The notes under the pieces: generated by a model | Database searches by the model: none | Told to the model about the DNA's origin: nothing | Seen by the model: the letters and a program-made list of their open reading frames with translations, nothing else | Part shown: piece by piece, positions 49,346-60,000 of the stretch | How positions within the stretch are numbered: position 1 is the stretch's first letter | Layout: every line of letters starts with the position of its first letter | DNA from: Vicugna vicugna | Taxonomy: Eukaryota | DNA length: 60,000 bases | Direction: 5' to 3' | NCBI GenBank assembly: GCA_013265495.1 | Contig: MU061538.1 | Coordinates: 2,315,339-2,375,338 of the forward strand | Program-made: the position numbers and the translations under genes

Positions 49346-51129
49346 AACCTTGAACACGTCTGTTCTTTAAAAACACGGGGCAGGTATCACAGGAGAGCCC
49401 AGAGGACTTCCAGTCGCGTCTGCCGGATTTAGGAGTCCGAGGTACACGCACACACACACCCCACCTCCGCCCCCAACGAGGCCGGGCCTCAGAACAGTTG
49501 GCCTGCGCACACACGTGGCACCACTGAGCACGTTTCTCCACAGGGGCCAAATCTCTGACGTGCAGACGTGCACCTGGGGGCGCCTGGTGGAGTGGTCCAG
49601 GGTGGCTGGCCCACCTGACCCCAACAGCTGGGATCCGTGCGGCAGTCTGCGGAGAACACGGTAGGGGGGTGAGCCACGGGCACTCAGAGGGCAGGGCCGG
49701 GTCTCGGGCTCCGTCCCCGCTGGGGACACATCACGGGTTTTATTCTCAGCAGGCAGCTTCCAGCGCTTGGGGACCGTTCATCTAATCCCCTGGTGACTTA
49801 CTTCCTGATCCACAGCCCGTTCGTTGCAGCAATGGCCCTCGTTGTAAAGAGCTCTGGAGTCCTCTCGGGAAAGCTGTTTCCCCAACGTCAGGTATTTTTA
49901 TCATCCTGTTGCTGTGTTCCCACTCATCAGCCGGCGGTTCCCATGTGACAACTGCTTCCTAGTGAACAGTGCAGCCGCCAGATGAAGGAGAGCGGATTCC
50001 TGCCTGATGGCCCGAGGCACAGCAGATGGTGGGGCTGAGTCAACCGGGGTGTCCTCCTGGATGGAGCCTGTGCTGAGCGCAGCTCCGTGCCGGGGCGTGC
50101 GGAGGCCCAGAGCGAGGACTGGGGAGGCCCCGGCCGAGCGCCGAGTCCCTGGGCAGGTGGGCTGACACCTGGACGCGGCTGTGCTGATCACGTGGTGTGA
50201 CATGTGTGCTCAGGGGAGGGAGCTGGGACACAGCCCCGAGGGGATCAGTGGCAGGACCTTGAGCTGGAGAGGATGGTAGAAGCCTTGTGGGTGGGGGTCT
50301 GGGAGAAGACCCTGGAGGAGAAGGGGGTGTCGTGAGCCCACGTGGAGCCTTCGGACAGGGGGCAGGGGTGAGCCCTCCTTCCTTCCTTCAGGAGAGCCCG
50401 GCCTGCTGTTGGCTGATGGGCACCGGTGGTCATGCCTTCCCACCTTCCAGGGTGGCTCAAGCTGACCCGGCAGTGACTGGCATGGGGTCCTCCACTGGCC
50501 CCTGGGCTCTGGGCTTTCTGTCGTCCTGACAGAGACGCTCAGAGCCCAGCTGCTGTCAGAGGCCCTCCTGCCAAGGTCGGATGGCCCTGCAGCCTGATGG
50601 TTCTGCCCCTGCTGTGCTCCGGCCCCCGCACTCGGCACAAACACGCCTTCTGCACATGTACCTGCGTCTTGGCACCGACTCCTGGAGACCCACACTGACG
50701 CAGGTGTTCCAGACCACACGGCTGCTCTCAGTACCATCAGAGCTGGGAGGCTCACAGCCGAGGACTTCATGTGGCAAGGAGTGGCTGGGGGAGACACGTG
50801 GTCGGTAAGTTTGTCCTGCTCCGGGCGGTGGGCGGGCACGGCGTCGTGAGGGTCACAGAACACACCTCCGGCTCGACTGGTCCAACCTCGCATTCACTCA
50901 CTCACAAACCTTGTTGGCTTTGCCGCAGAAACTCCTCCTCCGGGGCGTGGTGCTGCCTCTCACGCTCAGACTCCCACAGCCGGGGCTGCCGCCGCCCAGG
51001 GGACCCTGCCCTGCCGCGCCTCTGTAGACACGCACGTCATCCATCTCTCCCTAAAGCATCCGGTGTGAATGTCTCCTGCCAGGACCCGGGCCCACAAAAC
51101 TTGCCATACTGCCACCAGGAGTACGGTTC

Positions 51130-51435
51130 TGAAAATAAAGGTGACCTTGCCACCTCCTTGCTAAAAGTCCTGTGCTGGGACTCTGCCGCTTACAGGGCAA
51201 GCACAGCTGCTTCGGACGGTGTGGGAATGCCTCCTGATCTGGCCCTACCCTGCCCCTCCATGGCCCATGCCCGCTGCCTTGTCGGTGTGCTTTGCACAGG
51301 CTGTGTCTTTACATTACCTCCGCCTTTGCTCACAATATTTTTTCCATGCACCTCTCATTTTCTGCTGGCAAATCCCTGTTAATCCTCTGTGGCGAGGTCT
51401 TGGCCAAAAGCCACCTCCTCCCAGAAGCCCTCCAG
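51130..51435. mobile_element. L2 remnant (similar remnants near 15200-15700 and 46150-46550)
   Basis: ccacctccttgctaaaagtcc..cttacagggcaa..cctgatctggccct..tttgcacaggctgt..aaagccacctcctcccagaagccct. Confidence 0.5.
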
Positions 51436-51639
51436 GCAGGGCTGTTTGCAGCTGCAGCCTGTGCTCCAAGTGCTAGTGTAGCATTTCCTGTGTCCAGTCC
51501 ATCCGTTCACATGACTGTCTCTTCTTTCGCACGGCGCTGGGCCTGGGAGGGGCTGTGCTCGGGTCAGCTGTGATGGAAGTGGGCTCCGGGCCAGGAGCAG
51601 GAGGGGGAGTCGGGAGAACCACACACGGGGCAGTCCCCC

Positions 51640-51753
51640 ATCTTCCCAGTCTGCTGGCTTTCTGAATAAAGTCCTTATTCCTTGCCCAACACCCCATCTC
51701 TTGATTTACTGGCCTGTCGTGCAGCTAGCAGTACCAGCTTGCACGCGGTAACA
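51640..51753 (+). mobile_element. ERVL-like LTR 3' fragment
   Basis: ctgaataaagtcc..tcttgatttactggcctgtcgtgcagctagcagtaccagcttg..ggtaaca. Confidence 0.45.
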
Positions 51754-52876
51754 CCAGATCCTGAATCAAGGAGAGTTTCCTACGGCCCGAGACATCTGGG
51801 TCCCGGCCCCCTGAGGAGGTCTGGGCCTTCGCTGCCGGCTTGCGCTCTTGCTCCTGGAAGCCTCAGTGGCTTGAAAGGTGACATTATTTACTGTTTTTCT
51901 GGAACAGGTTCTGCCCTGTTTCTGAACAGATGGCTGGCCAATCCCTTATTTTTAGAAACACAGCGAGTGTGAGACAGCCTGGCGCCCTCTCGGCCCCAGC
52001 TCAGAGGGGGGCAGCCAGCCGCCTGCAGGTTGCCTGGAGGACGCCGTGTCCTCCGCCAGGGCCTGGGGTCCAGTGTCGCGCACCCTATCCACGGTGAAGA
52101 TGGCAGTCGTGTCTTCTGCCCACCTGCCCCTCCAAGAACGAGTCTGTGCGCTCCTGGGAGAAGGCGTGTGTGGCCCTACAAACCCTGTGCTGTACACTGT
52201 GAAAACTGCATTTTGACCAAGGTGTCCGCGGGCCACCTGGCCTAAGACAGGTTCTCTGTCTTTCTTTCCAGGGCAACAATGAAATTCAATATTAATTGTG
52301 AGCATCCGCCCCTTGCACTAAGACTTTCTGTTCTCGGGGATTCTCTCCTGGTCCTGCTGCCTCAGGGATGAGGCTGTGAAGACACCGGGGGTCAAAACAT
52401 GCCCATCCCCCACCTGCCGCCTGGGAGGGCGGAGGGTCCCCTTCTCAGGGACGGCGACCCCTGCAGGGCTCCAGCCCCACTCCCATCCTTGTTCTTCCTT
52501 CCGTCCCCCCTCCCTCCTCCCTCTCACCCGGTGGGCAACGGGCAAAGATGTGCGGACGCCGGCCAAGGTCTGTCCAAGCAACTGAGGAGCCGCGAAGGCC
52601 CACCTCGCGGTCTCTGCACCTACTTCAGGCAGTAAATGGACAAGCCTCCCGGCTCTGTGCACGCTGGCGTGGAAGCTCTGCAGGAGCGGCGCCAGCGAGA
52701 GCTCACTCCGGAGCGGCCCAGAGAACGCTGTAAGTCCGAGCAAGTCACAGGCAAAATGTGCACACGGACAAGAAACACGCCCCCGAGAGGCCCAGGGCGC
52801 CCCCTGCTTAGGAAGCACGCCCGCCCCGCCTCTCTCGCTTCTCTGCCCCCTGCCCCCTCCCCGGGCGGGGCCTCAC

Positions 52877-53071
52877 CGCACAGCCTCCAGCTGGTCCTTC
52901 TCCTCCAGGGCGCCCAGCCTCCGCCGCACTTCATGCAGGAGCTTGGTCCCTTGGAAGCCGCTGCCCCGGCCGTCACACTTGACCACCACGGCCCCGTGAT
53001 TGCTCACCATCACCGTCTCCCAGGTCACCTCAAACCGCTCAGACACACTCTGGCTCCCCGGGGTGCCGTCC
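52877..53071 (-). CDS. DPP6: DPP6 coding exon, [64 protein letters not shown](R)
   Basis: gttgcag| acceptor, |gtgagg donor; 195 nt; DGRGSG motif of the S9B peptidase fold; ORF 52873..53367. Confidence 0.97.
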
Positions 53072-54229
53072 CTGCAACAGACAGGCCAGGCCTGGGCACG
53101 CTGTGCAGGGCAGCGGCTGGCCCAGCAGACACCGGGTCCTGAGGAGTCCCCCACCCCGGAGGGACTTGCCCCCGCCTCCTGGAGGGTGCCGGGACCCCAG
53201 GCTGCCACGCCCGCCTCCACGGCCCATCTCATCACCAGCATCACCCACACACCAGGGGGTGATGGGGAAAGTGAGTGTTCCGAGGGCCACGCCGGGCACA
53301 AGGGCACTGGGACAGTCCCTGAAGGGCATCTTCTCGGTGGGAGACACTCCAACAAGTGCTCCCACATCTCCTCTCGGTGTCCCTAACCACATGGCCCGGC
53401 TCCTCCCACCCTTCCTGGGTTCTCCTAAGCTTGGCTGCTCCTTGGTCTCCATCACGTGAGTGACCAGGTGTCCTGCTCCTTTTAGCAGTGCCCTTGGTCT
53501 GAAGGAATTCTCTCTGGTCAGCTCAGAAGCAGAGCGCATAGCGGATCTGGCTGGCTTTCTGTCGCATCTCCTCGAAGAGGAGGCAGCCTGCACCACCCTA
53601 CCCCCGCCGCAGGCAGAGTATCAGCCAAGCTCCCAGCTGAGTGGCTTCTGTTGGTCCCCTGTCTTCCCTGCTCGCCCTCTGGGCACATACATGACTCTGT
53701 CAGCTACAGTCACACATGGAAGTCGGCCAGCGCTGCGGACAGGGCCCTTGTAAACAGAGACGTCCCATCCCCACCAAAGGAGCACGTTCAGAAGCCTCCC
53801 CCTGGCCCAGTAGTGCCAGTGAATGCTTAGCGACCCCCAGGCAGTGAGGACAGAGGGTTGGGCACAGGATGGGGGTGGGAGACCGGGGTCTCAGCGCTCT
53901 GTTCCTGAGGGACACCGGGCATCGGGCGGGTCACACAGGACATTTACTCGGGTGAGTGATGTCGCTGCGTCCCTGAAGCAACCCCAGTATGGCCTCTGCT
54001 CTCTCCTGCCCCCCTTGCAGGTAGATACGGGGATACGCCCCCAGAGGCCAAGCGCCGGCTCCACCTCCCCAGCCCTGAAAGGACAGACGGACGGAAGGCC
54101 CATGAGCTCAAACATCCGTGTCTGCAGGGCCTCACCGCTGAGCCCGCTTCCCCGTGCCCGCCGTGCCCGCTGTGCCCGCTGACCTCCCATAGCGCTCAGG
54201 GTGGGGGTCGGGCATGAACTGCCCGGGAG

Positions 54230-54410
54230 AGCACACGCTCACACATACTCTCTCACAGTCACTCAGTCACACTCATGCACGCTCACACACACTCAGTCAC
54301 TCACAACCACATACACACATGCTTGCACACTCACACACACACTCACACACTCACTCACAATCATATACACACATTCCCACACACTCGCACACTCACACAC
54401 ACACTCACAC
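54230..54410. repeat. Degenerate (CA)n/(CACT)n low-complexity tract
   Basis: acacacacactcacacactcactcaca-type run, about 180 nt. Confidence 0.9.
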
Positions 54411-54889
54411 AAGCCCTCATCAGGACACCGACAGAGGTGCTTAGTAAGCTCTTAAAAGTGGGTCTCGAAATCCAAATCCGAGGCCATTAATCAGCAGGAG
54501 GCCGATCTGAGATCATTGTGTCGGTGACAGATGGATGTCCAGGCCAGACGCCCGCCACGCCCAACTCCGTTTCCTGGGGGCCCCGGGCACGCCGCAAGCC
54601 TCTGCGGGCATCTGCCCTGCTCGGTGAGGTCTGACGCCTGTCCCCAGGCCCGCTGACCGGCCACCGCAGCACGACCCGCAGAATCTGACTGCAGACCTGC
54701 TTTCACTGCTGCAAATCCCCTGAAGGCGACTGGGGTGAGGGGGACACAGCCCTGCCTTCCTTTAACGTCTGGGGTCACGGGCAGTCATGGAAAGGACAAG
54801 CTAGATTGTTTTAAGTTTTGAGTTTGCAACAAGATCACACTCCCGCTCGTCACCTTCCGAGTCTGATCCTTTCCCACTGAGATACTCAC

Positions 54890-54959
54890 ACCACCAGGAG
54901 CAAGGGGTAGTGCGCGGTGTCGGAGAAGACCGCTGGCTTGAGGATCTGAACCGGCAAGT
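54890..54959 (-). CDS. DPP6: DPP6 coding exon, (N)LPVQILKPAVFSDTAHYPLLLV(V)
   Basis: ctccgcctag| acceptor, |gtgagt donor; 70 nt. Confidence 0.96.
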
Positions 54960-57900
54960 CTAGGCGGAGAGAGAACACAGGCGGCACGTTAAGAGGGTAG
55001 GTCGGCCAGGAAGGAGCGGGCAGGAGGCCGCTGGCCGTGGGGGGCCCTTCCCGGGGAGGGCCCGGGGCCTGGGAGACAGGCGCTCTGGAGGGGGTGCGGC
55101 TGGGCCTCCCCTCCAGACAGAGTGACTCAGGCTCACTCTGCACTCGGGCAAAGCACCTCATCTCTTCAGGATTCGTTTCTCCATCTGCAGCTTAAAAGCA
55201 ACCTTGCAAACAGGCGTGCGTTGACAAACAAAAGCGTGGGTCGCCCTGGGCACCTGCTAAGGGCAGCACTCCAGGCAAGGAGAAAAGCAGCCCCCAGGGC
55301 AGCGTGCGGCTCTCTCTGCGAGGGGGCGGGGTGTGGGGGGCACTGCTGCCACACTGAGTGAGTGGGGAGGGCTGCTGGGGGCTGTGGGGACGGGGAGAGG
55401 AAGAGACTGCGGGCAGGGGGCAGGGTGAGGAGGGGACAGTGGCCCAGAGGGACAGGCTGAGAGCTGTGGGGACCCTCCGTGCAGAGCCGGGGCGGGAGGG
55501 CCTCACTGCGTGTGGGCTGAAGCGGGGCAGGCACCCCAGGGCCTTCAGCTCTGGCCGTTGGCAACCTGCGCCTCCTCGGGTAGGGAGGAGGGCGCTTCCC
55601 TCACCGCCTTCCTCTGTGCCTCCCCAAACAAGCCTTCCGGCCCGAGTTAGAAATTGTTTATTGACATTAACCACAGCCCAGATTAGCAATTAAATTGGAA
55701 TTAGTGGCTTTTTTCCGTGCAATTACTACAGATACACCCCAGGCTGGGGGATGGCTTAGCAGACGGCGCTGACCAGAGTCTCATTACTGATTCTGGATGA
55801 ATGTTAATGGCTTGCAAATTAGATCAATGGCCCAGGGACAGCAGACTTTATCACTGAAATATCCATAAAACATGGTCTGGGCCGCTTTCTGCCACTGATA
55901 AGCACACGGGCAGACCTTGGCCGCCAGCAGGCTGAATACAGAGAGGTTCCTGGAGATGGACTGCTGCCCCACGGAAAGCCGGGGCCTCTGGTAGCATTAA
56001 ATGAAAAACAAAGCCCCCTAACAAAACAAAAACAGGTCGGTGGTGCAACATCCGTCAGCTTCTCGGGGACACAGCGGTGCGATGTGCAGACCCAGCCCCG
56101 TCTACCTGCCAAGTAAACCTCACGATGGGAAGGAAACTCCTGTGGCCAGGAGGGGTGGGGGGGAGTGGGTCACTTGTTTCTAAAGGTCTTTCCTGCGTTT
56201 TTTGGGGGACGGGGGAGACATGCACCCCGTAGTGCTTCAGGATTTGGGAACCTGCACGGAGTGAGCCAGGGTGCTGAGTGGATTGGAGGAGGGGCCCTGG
56301 GCTGGGGGGTGGGAAGGGCTCTTGTAAAGGAACCATAGGTGGCCTCAAAGGCTGTGGAAGAAAACGAGGAGGGAGGGTGCAGAGAGACGGGCTGGCGGGG
56401 GTGGGGCAGGGCGGGGAGAGGGCGTCTGACCAGGGAGGTCGCTGGCTTCCCAGAGCGTGACCTGTGCAGCATCGGGGCCTGTGCAAGGGCCCCGGCTGGG
56501 CGTGAAGCTCTGCCGCGTGCTAAGCCCCCCTTTTTCATTCCGCTGGGACCCTGCATGTCACAGAGCCTCGTGAGGTCTGCAGACAGAGACAAAGGCGGGG
56601 GGAGGGCACGGGGGAGTTGCTTGCTTGCCTGTTCACCCCTCCCCGCTCCTTCCCTCCCTCCACCCACTGTTCATCCAAAGTCTTCTTGTTCTCCTGCCTC
56701 TCGGCTCTTCCTTGTAAATGGAAGGCACAAAGACGAGCATCCAGTTGACCTGAGGCTCTCGTGCATCTGGCTCTGTCTGAGTCACAGGGCTCCAGGTTCC
56801 GTGCGGCAGTTTGTCCCAGTCACGGACGCCATACATGCAGGCAGCCCAGCTTGGACCTATTTCCTTGGAACGTGGAGTCTCAGCAATCGGGCTCTCCGTA
56901 GCAGGATCCCCCCCGGGCCGTCAGAGCAGCTCTCCTTGCAGGAAACGGCCCCACAGGGAAGCGGGTGGCACTTGAGGTGAACAAGCTGTTGTTCAGCTGC
57001 ATCCATCAGAGGCCAGCATCATCCACAGCAGAGGCGTCCCCTCCCCGCCTGCGGGAGCGGGTTTCAGGCCCGGCTGACTCAGGGTTGCTGGTTTCTGCCC
57101 CAGTGAAACCCGGCGCGGGCTCCGACGGTGCCGCTCGCCACGTCTTCCTGGAGGCGTCGCCCTCTCGTTCTCATTCCATCGAGCTGGGGCTCCTGAGGGC
57201 CCCATGAGCCCTCATTTTCTACCTGAACCCACGTCCCTCCTGCCCCTCACCTTCTGTTCCATGGTTCCCCCTGGGCCCTGAGGACGGGTGTCTGCAGACG
57301 TCCCAGTTTCTGTCTTGCTCTTCTTAATCTATAGCTTCTCTTTTGATCGTGATTGACGTGCTGCAAGTCGGTCGAGTGGGGTTCTGCTCCCTGGACACTT
57401 GACGCTGCCTGTGGTTCCAGTGTGTCCTGTGGGATCTGAGTGCATCCCACGGAAGTCGAGAGAAACCCAAACCCCGGAGAGACGGTGGGGTTGAGGCCCC
57501 TCTGGGCGTGACCACATTTCTCGTCACGGCCTCCACTCCTGCTTTCCTTCATTCGAGTGACCACACGTGGACCATTTTAAGAGAAAGCCCCTGCATCTGT
57601 GGGGCCGGGGGAGGGGGATTTCCAGCACATCCTGTTTCCTGACATTTCTGGCTGTCGGAGGGGAGCACATAACCCTGCCCGCGTCCCCAGCGATGTTAAG
57701 AGGCGGCCCAACACAGCGACTCCACACGGCCCAGCTCAGGGCCCGGTGACGGTCCTGGACTGTGGGGCCCCAGTTCCGGCTGAATGGGGACAATCCGAGG
57801 CTGGAGCAGTGTCAGCCCCCCGACACCCCACAACGAACGACGCACGCCCCTCCCGCACCAGCTCTGCTCTCCCTCCTCCGGACCGACTCCCCAGAGGCTC

Positions 57901-58750
57901 CTATGCCAACTGAAAGCGACTCCGGGAAGCCCACCAGGTCCCTCCTCCTGGGGAACCTCCCCGGGACCCCAGGCCCCGCTCCCGCTCTCGCTCTCCACTG
58001 CGCTCCTGGGCCATACACCTCCTGTGTGGACGGGGTCTGATTTTGTTCCACGGGGCGAGCCTAGGCTCCTGACCCAGGACTCACAGTCTGTTGGGTGGCT
58101 GTCTTCTCCAACGAGGGGTGTGGATAATGCTCCAGGGCCCACGGTCCCGCATGGTGAGCCGGTGTCCGGCTGAAGGGACGGGTAGACATAGAGCTCCCAG
58201 GGATGGTCTGGGGCGGCAAACATGGGCTCAGGCCACTAAGCCCTCGTCAGTCTCAGAGCTCTCCCGTCCATCCCTGGGGACCTGCTGACTCAGCTCAGAG
58301 GCGGAAGCCTGTTTACCAGCCGCAGGGACGAAGGGTAGATGGTTCCTGAGCGGATGACTCAAAGATGACTTTGCGGTTTGAAATCTAAGTTACTTGAAAC
58401 CAGTCAACAAACAGAAGGGCAGTATGGAGGGAGACCCAGCACAGAGGAAGGTGGGAGATGGGTGTGGGGCGTTCTGCATTTGGGGTTTGCACGAGCGATG
58501 TCTGGTGGGCGGTGAGGCTCCAGGGTGGGCTGGTGGGGCAGAGGAGGAGGACTCCAGGGCTCTGCCTCCCTCTGGAGACGGGAGCCCGATTCCAGCCAGC
58601 GCTCTGGGGTCCCCAGAGCTGAGCTGTCGGCCCCGAGCCCCCCGCTTGCTGCCCTGCCGGGGACGCAGCCTGCGCCGGGGCCGGGGTCCCCTGGAGCACA
58701 GCCGCCAGGGCCGGGCCGTTCTCCGTTCAGAGGAGGAGCGTGGCACTTAC

Positions 58751-58849
58751 TGTAATCATCAATCTCGATTTTCTTGTATTCTACTCTAGGCATCTGGCGG
58801 TCGTTCACGGCTTTCTGCACGTGTTCATTTGTTTCTAGGTCAAAAATTT
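58751..58849 (-). CDS. DPP6: DPP6 coding exon, [32 protein letters not shown]
   Basis: ttttctttcag| acceptor, |gtaagt donor; 99 nt; the gene continues beyond the window end. Confidence 0.96.
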
Positions 58850-60000
58850 CTGAAAGAAAAAAATGACACATTTAGCATCAGCAACATTACTGAAGCCCCG
58901 AGTGCTCAAGTGCCGCCTGTCACTCACGCCCACCTCAGCCCTGCAGGGGACACCTGCTTCTTCCCCTGCAGGAATCAAGGAAGGCAGAGCCGAGATGGCG
59001 TGCTGGGTCACGGGACAAGGGGAGAGACTAGTGCAGATCAGGGGGGTGGCCGGCGCCCCTGCCCCCAGCGATGTTCGCCACCCATGGCCTTTCCCACGGA
59101 CACGGGTCGGTTTGGGCATGTCTGATCTCCAGACTGCTGGTTTGGGGAAGCCAGCTTCACGTATCTGTCAGACCAAGGGGCTTTCCAAACAGAGCGGCCA
59201 CAACACCACCATGGAAAGGACAGCAGAAGCTGGAGTGGGACCTGGTGACACCTTCTGGAAAAGTGGACGGATTCAGATCTCTGTCCTAATCGTAAGGTGG
59301 TCTGGCTTTGGAGACCTGGGTTTGGACGGTCGCTGGAACTGACAGTGGGCCCCAGGAGCCGCGTCTGCAGAGCAGGGGCCCTGGCCCTTATTGCTCCGAG
59401 TCAGACAGGCGGCTCCATTCTGATCTGCACCTTAGACATACTGGCTCTTCGCTCCTGAGGCTGTAACAACGCACAAAGGCCCCCACGTCCCTCTGCCCAC
59501 ATCAGCCCACACCACTGCTCTCCTGCGGAGACGGCTCCCCGCCTTGCTCCACCGTCCAACACGGAACAAGACCCTTTCGGCTTCTCCTTTCTCACCACCA
59601 CCCTGCCTGTGGGGACAACTTGTGGTTCGTTTGAAAGGAAATTCTGTCTTCAAGGGGCTCTACCTTTGGCTGGACAAGTCACTCTGAAACATTCCCGAAC
59701 ATTTTAAAGGATAAACGAATCTCACAACCGTCCCCCATGAGAAGTGCCTTTAGGAACGGGCGCTGTGAGGTGTGTGCGCCTCGAGGCCCTGCCGGTGAGT
59801 CACTGCTCAGGGTTTTATGTCAGGCCACCTGCTCTACCAACATGGCTTAAGGACCCAGGGATGGCTTCTGAGCAGGACCAGAGGCAGGTGAAAGTCCCCA
59901 GGGCTTGGGACAAGCAAATAAACAAAACAGAAAATGTTTTACAAGTTGTTGGACACGGCTTTGGATGTATCGCTTTGATGAACACGTGAGGGGAGAAACG

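Noticed and set aside
26000..60000. Numerous 60-250 aa ORFs on both strands
   Set aside because: Overlapping, P/G/R/A-rich, often non-ATG starts, in GC-rich intronic or intergenic DNA. Only segments matching DPP6 exons have splice and homology support.
58850..60000. Further upstream DPP6 exon
   Set aside because: No segment matching the expected preceding peptide with valid splice sites was found; that exon probably lies outside the window.

Overview
Mammalian genomic DNA, GC-rich and patchy in composition, most likely camelid (alpaca/llama/camel) judging by a Vic-1-type tRNA-derived SINE. The window spans the convergent 3' ends of two genes. PAXIP1/PTIP is on the + strand (last 8 coding exons, 445-12301, C-terminal tandem BRCT pair). 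DPP6 is on the - strand (last 9 coding exons, 58849-38773, catalytically dead DPP4-family domain). All exon boundaries were read by hand and keep frame. The last PAXIP1 intron is a rare U12-type AT-AC intron. Directly behind the PAXIP1 poly(A) signals, on the opposite strand, lies what appears to be a heavily decayed FASTKD2 retrocopy that the ORF track does not reveal. Together with two orphan CpG islands and minus-strand splice signals, it suggests a retrocopy-derived antisense transcription unit, analogous to human PAXIP1-AS2. The rest is repeats: a full-length disrupted LINE-1, an internally scrambled LINE-1, older L1/L2, MaLR/MLT LTRs, Tigger/hAT MITEs and a 47-bp minisatellite. Nearly all ORF-track entries are spurious GC-rich or repeat-derived frames. 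I found no CRISPR array, rRNA, true tRNA or prokaryote-style novel system. Homology and repeat-family calls come from recalled sequences, not database searches.
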